DNA from: Saprospiraceae bacterium | GTDB taxonomy: Bacteria; Bacteroidota; Bacteroidia; Chitinophagales; Saprospiraceae | Assembly (NCBI GenBank): GCA_041746735.1 | Contig: JBGTGP010000051.1 | Location: 56,434-120,433, forward strand | Reading direction: 5' to 3' | DNA length: 64,000 nt | Part shown: piece after piece, positions 39,486 through 48,110 of the stretch | How the letters are laid out: each line of letters begins with the position of its first letter | Position numbering within the stretch: the first letter of the stretch is position 1 | Notes under the pieces: model-generated | Told to the model about the DNA's origin: nothing | Seen by the model: only the letters and a program-made list of their open reading frames with translations | The model's database searches: none | Made by a program: the position numbers and the translations under genes

Positions 39486-39538
39486 GGGGAGTGGGGAGTA
39501 GTGAGTAGTGAGTGGGGAGTGGGGAGTGGGGAGTGGGG
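39486..39538 (+). repeat. heptamer microsatellite block 2: (GGGGAGT)2 (AGTGAGT)2 (GGGGAGT)3 GGGG
   Basis: Read directly from the sequence. Separated from block 1 by a 47-bp unique spacer. Confidence 0.95.
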
Positions 39539-39547
39539 AATAGTTCT

Positions 39548-40129
39548 TTATGGCGTTAAAAGTTTTTTGCGTCTGAAGCACTTGATCATGTGATCATTGT
39601 ACATGCCGACAGCTTGCATGAAGGCGTAGACGATGGTGGAGCCTGTAAAACTGAAACCTCGTTTTTTAAGGTCTTTACTCAGGGCATCGCTTTCAGGAGA
39701 GTTGGCTCGAAAATCCTTTTCGGAACGAATCGTATTGACAATGGGCTTGCCATCAACGAAGGACCAGAGGTGGGTACTAAAGTTGAGGCCCTGATCCTGC
39801 ATATCGAGAAAGGCTCTTGCATTGGTACGTGCTGACCATACCTTTTGGCGGTTGCGGATGATGCGTTCGTCGAGCAGGATTTTCTCCAGTTTTTTGTCCG
39901 TGTAGCGGGCGATTTTGTCTGGATCGAGATTGTCAAAAACGGACATGTAGCCCTCCTGGCGGCGCAGGATTGTAATCCAGCTCAGGCCGGCCTGGGCGCC
40001 ATCCAGGATAAGTTTGGCGAACAGGGCTTTCGGATCATATTCGGGGACACCCCAGACCGTATCATGGTAATGGATATAGAGGGGATCGTTTCCGCACCAT
40101 AAGCAGCGGGTTATCGAATCGGATTTCAT
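39548..40129 (-). CDS. tag: DNA-3-methyladenine glycosylase I
   Basis: RCLWCGNDPLYIHYHDTVWGVP..LILDGAQAGLSW, typical of Tag. Start set at ATG 40129. The upstream extension is a Pro/His-rich translation of a C-rich leader. Confidence 0.9.
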   Translation of the reverse strand: MKSDSITRCLWCGNDPLYIHYHDTVWGVPEYDPKALFAKLILDGAQAGLSWITILRRQEGYMSVFDNLDPDKIARYTDKKLEKILLDERIIRNRQKVWSARTNARAFLDMQDQGLNFSTHLWSFVDGKPIVNTIRSEKDFRANSPESDALSKDLKKRGFSFTGSTIVYAFMQAVGMYNDHMIKCFRRKKLLTP

Positions 40130-40266
40130 GGGAGGAAGGTAAGGAGAAGTGGGATGATTGGAAATGGAAAAGGGGTGGGTGGGCGGATGATATTGGATAA
40201 GCTGGTGAAAGGGATTGGAGGGGCGGGTGGTGCTTGGAGGATGAGAATCCGGAAGCAAACTGTCAG

Positions 40267-40790
40267 GACTGATTTCGTCGAAATACGTCGGAAGATGACT
40301 GTGGTTATTAGGTTGTGGGCATTTTCAAAACAACATATTATTGCAATCTAACTTATGTTTGAAGTGACTGATTTCGTCGAAATCCATCGCGAGATAGTTG
40401 ATTTTATTGGGTCGTAGAGGTTTTCAACACAATATATTATTAAATTATTAATATGTTTCATCCGACTGATTTCGTCGAAATCCGTCGCGAGATAGTTGAT
40501 TTTATTGGGCTGTAGAGGTTTTTAACACAATATATTATTAATATTGTTAATATACTTTATCCGACTGATTTCGTCGAAATCCGTCGCGAGATAGTTGATT
40601 TTGTTAGGTTGTAGAGGTTTTTAACACAATATATTATCAATATTATTAATATGTTTCGTCCGACTGATTTCGTCGAAATCCGTCGCGAGATATTTGCTTT
40701 TATTGGGTCGTAGAGGTTCTTAACACCATATATAATTGAAATTTATTATTCATTCAATCCAACGGAGTTCATAGAAATCCCTCAATCAAC
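40267..40790 (+). repeat. Array A: tandem 99-bp repeat, five units plus a decayed sixth
   Basis: Unit starts (GACTGATTTCG...) at 40267, 40366, 40464, 40563 and 40662, with a degenerate copy from 40761. Counted directly from the sequence. Confidence 0.95.
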
Positions 40791-40942
40791 CCCCGTGATC
40801 ATTGACATCCCGTAAAGTCCAGCTTTCATCCTTCATCCCATCCGCTTCAATAACCTCTGTACATCCAACACGCCTACCCTACCCCTCACCTTCTCCATAG
40901 CAGCCATCACCTCCCTCACTTAAACCTGTCCAGCCAAATCCG

Positions 40943-40950
40943 TACTTTTG
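40943..40950 (+). promoter_or_regulatory. Bacteroidota-type -7 promoter box TACTTTTG upstream of hmgA
   Basis: Exact match to the TAnnTTTG consensus, 12 nt before ATG 40963. No convincing -33 TTTG seen. Confidence 0.3.
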
Positions 40951-40962
40951 AAGAAAAAAACA

Positions 40963-42126
40963 ATGCCCGTCTACCATACACTCGGATCCATCCCCCAGAA
41001 ACGCCACACGGTATTTGAAAAACCAGCAGGTGGAATCCACTACGAGCAACTTTTTGGTACTATCGGCTTCGACGGAATGTCATCCCTCCTCTACCACCTG
41101 CATCGTCCCACTCAGGTCCGACACATAGGAGAAGCCATAAACGTCATGCCCAAGATCGCAGTCGAACATAATATGACTGCCCGCCTGCTCAAAGGTTTTG
41201 ATATACCCCGCGCCAACGACTGGCTGACGTCCCGCCATCCGCTCCTCATCAATAAAGACATACATGTGGGCCTGGCCGCTCCCACTCAATCCCTGACCGA
41301 ATATTTTTATAAAAATGCCGATGCCGATGAAATGATCTTTGTTCACCGCGGATCGGGCACCCTGCGTACTTTCCTCGGCAATATCCCTTTCGAGTACGGA
41401 GACTATCTGATCATACCCCGCGGCATGATCTACCAGATTGATTTCGATACGGAAGACAATCGCCTGCTCTATGCAGAATCCTTCCACCCGATCTACACGC
41501 CTAAGCGATATCGCAACTGGTTCGGCCAACTCCTCGAACACTCCCCATTTTGTGAACGCGATTACAAACTGCCCCGCGTACTGGAAACCTATGATGAAAA
41601 AGGAGATTTTCTGATCAAAATCAAAAAGCAGGGACAACTTCATCAACTGATCTATGCCACCCATCCTTTTGATGTTGTCGGATGGGACGGCTACAATTTT
41701 CCGTATGGATTTTCCATTCACAACTTTGAACCCATTACCGGACGTGTACACCAACCGCCCCCAGTTCATCAGACCTTTGAGACCAAAGCCTTTGTCGTGT
41801 GCTCTTTCTGCCCGAGACTCTACGATTATCATCCGAAAGCGATCCCGGCACCTTACAACCACAGTAATATTGATTCCGACGAAGTCCTCTACTATGTGGA
41901 TGGCGATTTTATGAGCCGCAACAACATCGCACAAGGCCATATCACGCTCCACCCTGCCGGGATTCCGCATGGACCAGCACCCGGAGCCTACGAAAGAAGC
42001 ATCGGCCAGACCGTAACAGAAGAACTGGCTGTCATGATCGACACCTTTGCACCACTCATGGTCACTGAGCATGCGCTCAAGATTGATGATGGTGTCTACT
42101 TTCAATCCTGGATCGGAGAGGAATAA
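40963..42126 (+). CDS. hmgA: homogentisate 1,2-dioxygenase
   Basis: About 387 aa bacterial short-form HGD with conserved C-terminal HPAGIPHGP region. Clustered with fahA and hppD. ATG 40963 preferred over TTG 40948, which lies inside a TAnnTTTG box. Confidence 0.85.
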   Translation: MPVYHTLGSIPQKRHTVFEKPAGGIHYEQLFGTIGFDGMSSLLYHLHRPTQVRHIGEAINVMPKIAVEHNMTARLLKGFDIPRANDWLTSRHPLLINKDIHVGLAAPTQSLTEYFYKNADADEMIFVHRGSGTLRTFLGNIPFEYGDYLIIPRGMIYQIDFDTEDNRLLYAESFHPIYTPKRYRNWFGQLLEHSPFCERDYKLPRVLETYDEKGDFLIKIKKQGQLHQLIYATHPFDVVGWDGYNFPYGFSIHNFEPITGRVHQPPPVHQTFETKAFVVCSFCPRLYDYHPKAIPAPYNHSNIDSDEVLYYVDGDFMSRNNIAQGHITLHPAGIPHGPAPGAYERSIGQTVTEELAVMIDTFAPLMVTEHALKIDDGVYFQSWIGEE

Positions 42127-42237
42127 TTGCGGACCCACATCTACTGCACAAATCAGTCAATTATAATCTGATCCTATTACATTTTATACTATTTCGTCTT
42201 TTTACAAACAAACATTTTCGTTAAATTTTGACAGCCT

Positions 42238-43476
42238 ATGACCTCGTGGATAGATATACCTCAGGATTCAGATTTCACTATCCACAACATCCCATTTGGA
42301 ATTGCCACACACGCTGACAGAACTTTCGTCTGCAGCCGGATCGGAGATCATGTTATCGACTTGTATCAAATAGCTACAACAGGCCTTTTCCAGGGCTTGA
42401 TGTTTGACATAAACGTGTTCCGGGAATCCTCATTGAATGCCTTTATTCGGCTGGGAAAAGACATAACACGCGAAGTTCGGATCCGGCTGCAAGAGACGCT
42501 GAGCAACGGACATTCACCTTTACGGCATGTATCGGAAGCCTTTATCTTACCCGACAAGGTTGTAATGCGATTACCTGTAGAGATTGGTGACTATACGGAC
42601 TTTTATTCCAGCATCGAACATGCAACCAACGTCGGAATGATGTTTCGTGATCCTGCCAATGCTTTGCTCCCCAATTGGCGTCACCTTCCCGTTGGTTATC
42701 ATGGCAGGGCTTCCTCTATTGTGGTGAGCGGGACCCCTATACATCGACCCTGGGGTCAGGTAAAGCCAAAGGATGCGGAAGTGCCTGTGTTTTCCAAAAC
42801 AAGCAGACTCGATTTTGAGTTGGAAATGGGGTTTGTGATTGGAAAGGAAAGTCATCTGGGCTCTGTTATTACCACCCAGGAGGCGGAGGACTATATCTTT
42901 GGACTGGTCTTGTTCAATGATTGGTCTGCACGTGATATTCAAGCATGGGAATACGTTCCCCTGGGACCCTTTCTCGCTAAAAATTTCTTTTCGTCTATGT
43001 CCCCCTGGATCATACCCCTTGAGGCCCTTGAACCTTTCAGAGTGGCGGGACCTGTTCAGGATCCCGCTGTACTGCCCTATCTGCAATACGATGGATTGAA
43101 AAATTATGATATTCAACTGGAAGTGGCTATTGCGCCGGCAGGGCACATTGATTCGATTGTATCGCGCTCCAATTTTAAATATATGTACTGGAATATGTGC
43201 CAGCAACTCGCGCATCATACAGTCAATGGCTGCAATGTGCGTGTGGGGGATCTAATGGCCTCCGGTACGATCAGTGGGCCAGATGAAAAGTCGTATGGTT
43301 CCATGCTGGAGTTGGCCTGGAGTGGTACCAAACCTCTTACCCTTCCGGATGGTGTACAACGCTCCTTTATTGAGGACGGAGATCAGGTCACGCTCCGTGG
43401 ATGGGCTGAAAAGGAAGATATACGGGTAGGTTTTGGTGAAGTAAAAAACCGGGTTATTGATGAAACCGTATCCTAA
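42238..43476 (+). CDS. fahA: fumarylacetoacetase
   Basis: FSIHNIPFG-type N-terminus (DFTIHNIPFGIA), DYTDFYSS, the FAH-fold LDFELEMG motif, GDLMASGTISG. Confidence 0.9.
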   Translation: MTSWIDIPQDSDFTIHNIPFGIATHADRTFVCSRIGDHVIDLYQIATTGLFQGLMFDINVFRESSLNAFIRLGKDITREVRIRLQETLSNGHSPLRHVSEAFILPDKVVMRLPVEIGDYTDFYSSIEHATNVGMMFRDPANALLPNWRHLPVGYHGRASSIVVSGTPIHRPWGQVKPKDAEVPVFSKTSRLDFELEMGFVIGKESHLGSVITTQEAEDYIFGLVLFNDWSARDIQAWEYVPLGPFLAKNFFSSMSPWIIPLEALEPFRVAGPVQDPAVLPYLQYDGLKNYDIQLEVAIAPAGHIDSIVSRSNFKYMYWNMCQQLAHHTVNGCNVRVGDLMASGTISGPDEKSYGSMLELAWSGTKPLTLPDGVQRSFIEDGDQVTLRGWAEKEDIRVGFGEVKNRVIDETVS

Positions 43477-43543
43477 GCATGTTGTTACAATGGCTATACA
43501 TACTTAAGGATTAAAGCCAGCTTTTCAGGCCGTTCATATCCCG

Positions 43544-43551
43544 TATATTTG
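43544..43551 (+). promoter_or_regulatory. Bacteroidota-type -7 promoter box TATATTTG upstream of hppD
   Basis: Exact TAnnTTTG match, 27 nt before ATG 43579. Confidence 0.35.
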
Positions 43552-43578
43552 TCAAATAAATTTAATGTCATCTCTATC

Positions 43579-44709
43579 ATGTCTCAACTCACACAAACAC
43601 AGACTTCCAACGAAACGCTGATCGATTTTCTTCCTATCCACGGTACGGACTATGTGGAGCTTTATGTCAGCAATTCCAAGCAAGCTGCTCATTTCTATAA
43701 AACCGCTTTTGGCTTCCAATCCTTTGCGTACAGAGGCTTGGAAACCGGCGAAAAGCATGTAGAATCATACGTGATCCGCCAGGATAAGATCAAGCTGATC
43801 CTGACCTCCCCCCTGCACAGTGGCACTGAGATCGGACGCCATATTGACAAGCATGGGGATGGGGTCAAAGTCATAGCCCTTTGGGTCGATGATGCCACTG
43901 ATGCTTGGGATCAAACCACAGCAAGGGGCGCGAAGTCCTTTATGACACCTACCGTGGAAGAAGATCAACATGGCCGCGTCGTACGTTCCGGCATCCATAC
44001 CTATGGTGAAGTTGTTCATATTTTTGTGGAGCGCAAAGACTATACGGGGACATTCCTTCCTGGATATACACCCTGGACTTCAACCTACAATCCGACACCC
44101 GTGGGCTTAAAGTTTGTGGACCACATGGTCGGCAATGTGGCCCAGGGCCGGATGAATCACTGGGTAAAATTTTATGAAGACGTAATGGGTTTTAAAAATA
44201 TTCTCACGTTTGATGACAAGGATATTTCGACGGAATATACCGCGCTGATGAGTAAGGTGATGAGCAGTGGGAACGGGTATATCAAGTTTCCGATTAATGA
44301 ACCTGCTGCCGGTAAGAAGAAATCTCAGGTTGAGGAATATCTGGATTTCTATGAGGATGAAGGCGTGCAGCATCTCGCTGTGGCTACTGACAATATCATC
44401 GATACGGTCATCAAACTGCGGGACCGTGGTGTTGAGTTTCTTCGGGTACCATCGACATACTACGATACCGTGCTGGACCGGGTGGGCGAAATCGATGAAG
44501 ACCTTGCTCCGCTTCAAGAACTGGGCATCCTCATCGACCGCGACAATGAAGGCTATCTGTTACAACTTTTTACCAAACCCGTACAGTCCCGTCCAACCAT
44601 GTTTTTTGAGATCATCCAGCGCAAAGGAGCCAAATCATTTGGCAAGGGTAATTTCAAAGCTTTGTTTGAAGCTATTGAAAGAGAACAGGAACTGAGAGGA
44701 ACGCTTTAG
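43579..44709 (+). CDS. hppD: 4-hydroxyphenylpyruvate dioxygenase
   Basis: Two VOC modules with SQVEEYLDFYEDEGVQHLA and FFEIIQRKG..FGKGNFKALFEAIE, typical of HppD. Start moved to ATG 43579 because TTG 43549 lies inside a -7 box. Confidence 0.9.
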   Translation: MSQLTQTQTSNETLIDFLPIHGTDYVELYVSNSKQAAHFYKTAFGFQSFAYRGLETGEKHVESYVIRQDKIKLILTSPLHSGTEIGRHIDKHGDGVKVIALWVDDATDAWDQTTARGAKSFMTPTVEEDQHGRVVRSGIHTYGEVVHIFVERKDYTGTFLPGYTPWTSTYNPTPVGLKFVDHMVGNVAQGRMNHWVKFYEDVMGFKNILTFDDKDISTEYTALMSKVMSSGNGYIKFPINEPAAGKKKSQVEEYLDFYEDEGVQHLAVATDNIIDTVIKLRDRGVEFLRVPSTYYDTVLDRVGEIDEDLAPLQELGILIDRDNEGYLLQLFTKPVQSRPTMFFEIIQRKGAKSFGKGNFKALFEAIEREQELRGTL

Positions 44710-44858
44710 CCCTCGGGGGGTTTAGGGCAATATTAGTTGCCCGACTGAATGGTTGATCCATAAGAGTGAAAGGTCCTCATGAAAATGTACTGCTGCACGA
44801 CCCAAAGAAAAGTGTAGACTTGTTCCATATACGATAATCATATTTAAATTCTTTCCCA

Positions 44859-45479
44859 TTGAAAACACCACTGGTTTCTCCGCTGCCTGAAACGGATCCT
44901 TCGATCCAGGATCTGGTGACATTCTACAACGAAACATTAGGGTTTTGTCCCAACAGTGTGAAGACCATGCAGCGACGGCCTGCCATCGCGGATGCGTTTA
45001 TCCGGCTCAATAAGGCGGTGATGGAAAATCACGGAAGAGTCACCAGTGCTCTTAAACGACTGATCGCGTATATCTCCAGCTATACCACAGGATGTCAGTA
45101 CTGTCAGGCGCATACCATACGTGCCGCTGAACGGTATGGTGCAAATGATGCGCAGCTACAACATATTTGGGAATACCGAACGCATCCTGCATATACAGCG
45201 GCTGAGCGTGCGGCATTGGACTTTGCCGTAGCGGCGTCTTCGGTACCCACCAGTGTAGACGAAGACATCAAAGTCAATCTTCGCCAATACTGGGATGAGG
45301 GTGAGATCGTCGAAATAGCAGGAGTCGTAGCGCTATTTGGTTACCTCAATCGTTGGAATGATTCCATGGGTACGACACTTGAGCAAGGGGCTATCGAATC
45401 CGGAGACAAGTTTCTGTCTGCGCACCAGTGGACCGGTGGTAAACATCGTCGTGAATCAGACCATAAAAATACCCTTTAG
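44859..45479 (+). CDS. carboxymuconolactone decarboxylase (AhpD-like) family protein, 'peroxidase-related enzyme' type
   Basis: The GCQYCQAH CxxC-containing motif, characteristic of the AhpD/CMD fold. TTG start, with no earlier in-frame ATG. Confidence 0.65.
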   Translation: MKTPLVSPLPETDPSIQDLVTFYNETLGFCPNSVKTMQRRPAIADAFIRLNKAVMENHGRVTSALKRLIAYISSYTTGCQYCQAHTIRAAERYGANDAQLQHIWEYRTHPAYTAAERAALDFAVAASSVPTSVDEDIKVNLRQYWDEGEIVEIAGVVALFGYLNRWNDSMGTTLEQGAIESGDKFLSAHQWTGGKHRRESDHKNTL

Positions 45480-45549
45480 GTTCGGGTGCCAAACCCGGCA
45501 GGGCGTTGATTGAGAATCATTACTCCAACTCTGCCTACCTTCGGGAGGC

Positions 45550-46788
45550 TTAAATAGTCTCGGTATAATTTAGATCAGCCGTGAAAGTTTCACGCATTTT
45601 CCAAAGCGCTGCGTATGCTATGGCTGCCAGGATCACGGCCACGACCATGGAGGCTTTCAGGATATCGCCGGAATAGACATCATCCCTAAAAAACTGGTAC
45701 ATCAGGATAATGACCGGCAGTGACCCTCTTACAAAATTGGGGACTGTGGTCGTCACAGTCGCCCGGATATTGGTTCCAAACTGCTCGGCCGCTATCGTCA
45801 CAAAGATCACCCAGTATCCTACTGAAAAGCCCATAGCCATACAGAGCAGATAAAACATTGACACTGAAATACCATGCGCATTGAGATACACAAAGACCAT
45901 GGCGAGGTTTAAGGTGAGAAAAATGGCCATGACTTTCTTGCGACTGCGCAGCATCTGGCTCAGCAAACCACTCATGATATCCCCGAAGACCAACCCACCA
46001 TAACACCACGCAATAGCATGCCCGGCGCGAATAACTTCTGCATTCTGTACCTGAAGGGCTTTGGCAAATTCAGGCGAGAATGTAATCAATACACCGACTA
46101 AAAACCATAAGGGTATTCCAATCAGAATACATCTCAGATACCGGGCAAACCTTTGCCGGTCCGTAAACAGAGAAAAAAACTGTCCCCGACCGGTCTGATG
46201 TCGTTCTATCTCCTTAAACATGAATGACTCCCGCACACTCATGCGGAGCAATAGTAATAGCAAGCCCAAAACACCGCCAGCATAATAACACAAGCGCCAG
46301 TCTTCAAAGATCTGGTACACAAAATTGGCCACCACAGCACCGGTCAGGCCCACGGAGGCGACGATCATAGTCCCGTAGCCGCGCTTCTCCTTGGGCAGTG
46401 TCTCCGCGACTAACGTGATACCTGCACCGAGTTCTCCCGCGAGACCTATGCCGGCAATAAATCGCCAGAAGGCATATGCTTCAACGGTATTGACCATGCC
46501 ATTGGCGATATTGGCAACGGAATACGTAAATATTGAGCCAAATAAGACTGAGAGTCTGCCTTTCTTATCTCCCAGAATACCCCAAAGGATTCCACCGATC
46601 AGCATTCCATACATCTGCATGCTGATCAGAAACTCGCCCTGATCCCGGTTGGCCTGACCTGTGATACCGAGATCCGTCAGACTGGCGGTCCGCACGATCC
46701 CGAAGAGCAGGAGATCATAGATATCAACAAAATAGCCCAGCGCGGCGACGATGACAGCTGGAGTTAGGAGTCGGGTGGATTGGGTCAT
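45550..46788 (-). CDS. MFS transporter
   Basis: 12 TM-like helices with GILGDKKGR (the loop 2-3 MFS motif). Confidence 0.8.
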   Translation of the reverse strand: MTQSTRLLTPAVIVAALGYFVDIYDLLLFGIVRTASLTDLGITGQANRDQGEFLISMQMYGMLIGGILWGILGDKKGRLSVLFGSIFTYSVANIANGMVNTVEAYAFWRFIAGIGLAGELGAGITLVAETLPKEKRGYGTMIVASVGLTGAVVANFVYQIFEDWRLCYYAGGVLGLLLLLLRMSVRESFMFKEIERHQTGRGQFFSLFTDRQRFARYLRCILIGIPLWFLVGVLITFSPEFAKALQVQNAEVIRAGHAIAWCYGGLVFGDIMSGLLSQMLRSRKKVMAIFLTLNLAMVFVYLNAHGISVSMFYLLCMAMGFSVGYWVIFVTIAAEQFGTNIRATVTTTVPNFVRGSLPVIILMYQFFRDDVYSGDILKASMVVAVILAAIAYAALWKMRETFTADLNYTETI

Positions 46789-46903
46789 ATAGTTGGTTAT
46801 AGACTGACTGGTGATCTCCGGAACTTTGCAGTGACCTATCCCTCCAGTGCCGGACCATTTTCATTGGCGAAAAGTAGTAAGACTCAGGCAAATCAACTGA
46901 CCT

Positions 46904-46940
46904 ACATGCAAAAGAAAACCCGGCTGATGTGCAACCGGGT
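46904..46940 (-). terminator. intrinsic terminator downstream of the outer-membrane barrel gene
   Basis: Minus-strand RNA reads ACCCGGUUG-CACAU-CAGCCGGGU followed by UUUUCUUUUG. 9-bp stem (one G-U pair), 5-nt loop, U-rich tail. Begins 34 nt after the stop at 46974. Confidence 0.65.
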
Positions 46941-46973
46941 CAAATCGTATAAGATGAAAAGTGTTTCTGTGTA

Positions 46974-48110
46974 TTACATACCCGTACCATGTGCCATGGC
47001 GGAATGACCTCTCCCGTTGATCCTGTAGGTCACGCCAAGATTGAGCAGGTAATCCGCAAATGCGGCATCGCCATGGGTATTGTTACCGGTCTGCTCAGTG
47101 CGCTGCTTGTCCAGATAACTTTGGGTCCGGTTGCGCGCGATCGCAAAAGGCATTGAAAAGTTCACTGCCAGATTGCCTCTATTATAATTGATGCCGGGCT
47201 CCAGCCCGATAGAATACCCCGGACGTCGATATGCATTGCTACCGCCTATAAGGTCTTCAGCCGGAACGCCTTCCATTCTGCCTCCACCATATACACTCAA
47301 ACCTTGTAAGGGGGTGACATAGGTAAATCCTATACGTGCAAGGTATTGATCCGGTACTGCAAATTCGGTTCCGCCAGCCTGTTGATTACGAATAAGCACT
47401 CCGTTGCTTTCCTGAATGCCAAACATGTAGAACAACGTGGTATTGATCGAAAACCGGTCTGACAGGATGTGATAGCCCTGTAGATCGAGTGAAGGGCTAA
47501 TGCCTCCATCACCGGGCTGGATTGATTGATCGACCACCAACTCTCGTTCTTCATTGCGGTCAGGACCCTGATTGTAAAACGTGTCTTTGTAATCATACTT
47601 GCCGGTATTCAATTTTACACCCAATCCGATCGCATAGTTGAATGTGGGATGGCGGTCCGGATTGAACAGCCAATAGCCTACACCCAACCGGATATCTGAA
47701 AGGCCTTGGGAGCTCGTAGCATGACGCTGGCCCAGTCCATTTGGGGGATTGCCGCCATGTTCATACATAGAGGTCCGGTGATGAAATACAAAAGGAAGCG
47801 TAAAAGTCGCATAGGTGCGATTGGAGACAGCATAATTGACCGTAAAATCAAGGAAAGATGATTTGTTGATCACTTCCGTACCGTTTTGCACTCTTTGGAC
47901 TTCTTCATGTGTGCCGCGATAATGCCGGTAGGATTTAAAATAACGCACATTGGTCCCGATGAGGAAGTCGCCTTTGTTGAGAAATACACCAGTGCCCGAT
48001 CCACTGCCGCAGCCTGAAAAGGAGCGGATAGCTACACAGCCCTGAGCATCAGCCTGTTGGAAGGCTCCCATGATCAAAACTGTAAGGAGGAGGTAGAAAC
48101 GCTTAACCAT
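46974..48110 (-). CDS. putative outer-membrane beta-barrel protein
   Basis: Signal peptide from ATG 48110 (MVKRFYLLLTVLIMGAFQQADAQG), alternating beta-strand pattern, G/N/Y-rich loops. An intrinsic terminator follows. Confidence 0.5.
   Translation of the reverse strand: MVKRFYLLLTVLIMGAFQQADAQGCVAIRSFSGCGSGSGTGVFLNKGDFLIGTNVRYFKSYRHYRGTHEEVQRVQNGTEVINKSSFLDFTVNYAVSNRTYATFTLPFVFHHRTSMYEHGGNPPNGLGQRHATSSQGLSDIRLGVGYWLFNPDRHPTFNYAIGLGVKLNTGKYDYKDTFYNQGPDRNEERELVVDQSIQPGDGGISPSLDLQGYHILSDRFSINTTLFYMFGIQESNGVLIRNQQAGGTEFAVPDQYLARIGFTYVTPLQGLSVYGGGRMEGVPAEDLIGGSNAYRRPGYSIGLEPGINYNRGNLAVNFSMPFAIARNRTQSYLDKQRTEQTGNNTHGDAAFADYLLNLGVTYRINGRGHSAMAHGTGM

Noticed and set aside
40267-40790. The 99-bp arrays (also 56823-57430) as CRISPR arrays
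   Set aside because: The period is 99 bp and the whole unit is homologous between copies, including the segments that would be spacers. There are no unique spacers, no cas genes in the window, and the conserved core is 24 nt with a 1-nt dyad centre. This is not CRISPR-like.
41080-42138. Long antisense ORFs: 41080-42138 (352 aa), 12160-12855, 31432-32148, 42571-43218, 53939-54610, 26141-26752, 55448-56026 and 4877-5407
   Set aside because: Each lies opposite a gene with clear family signatures (hmgA, aat/clpS, PAP2, fahA, OmpA-PD40, mgsA and others). Their translations are low-complexity, R/G/P-rich and without recognisable motifs. These are classic shadow ORFs.
45483-45500. Hairpin CGGGTGCCAAACCCG between the convergent CMD-family and MFS genes as a bidirectional terminator
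   Set aside because: The stem is only 5 bp and there is no U-tract on the plus strand. On the minus strand the only T-run lies about 15 nt past the stem. This is too weak to call.
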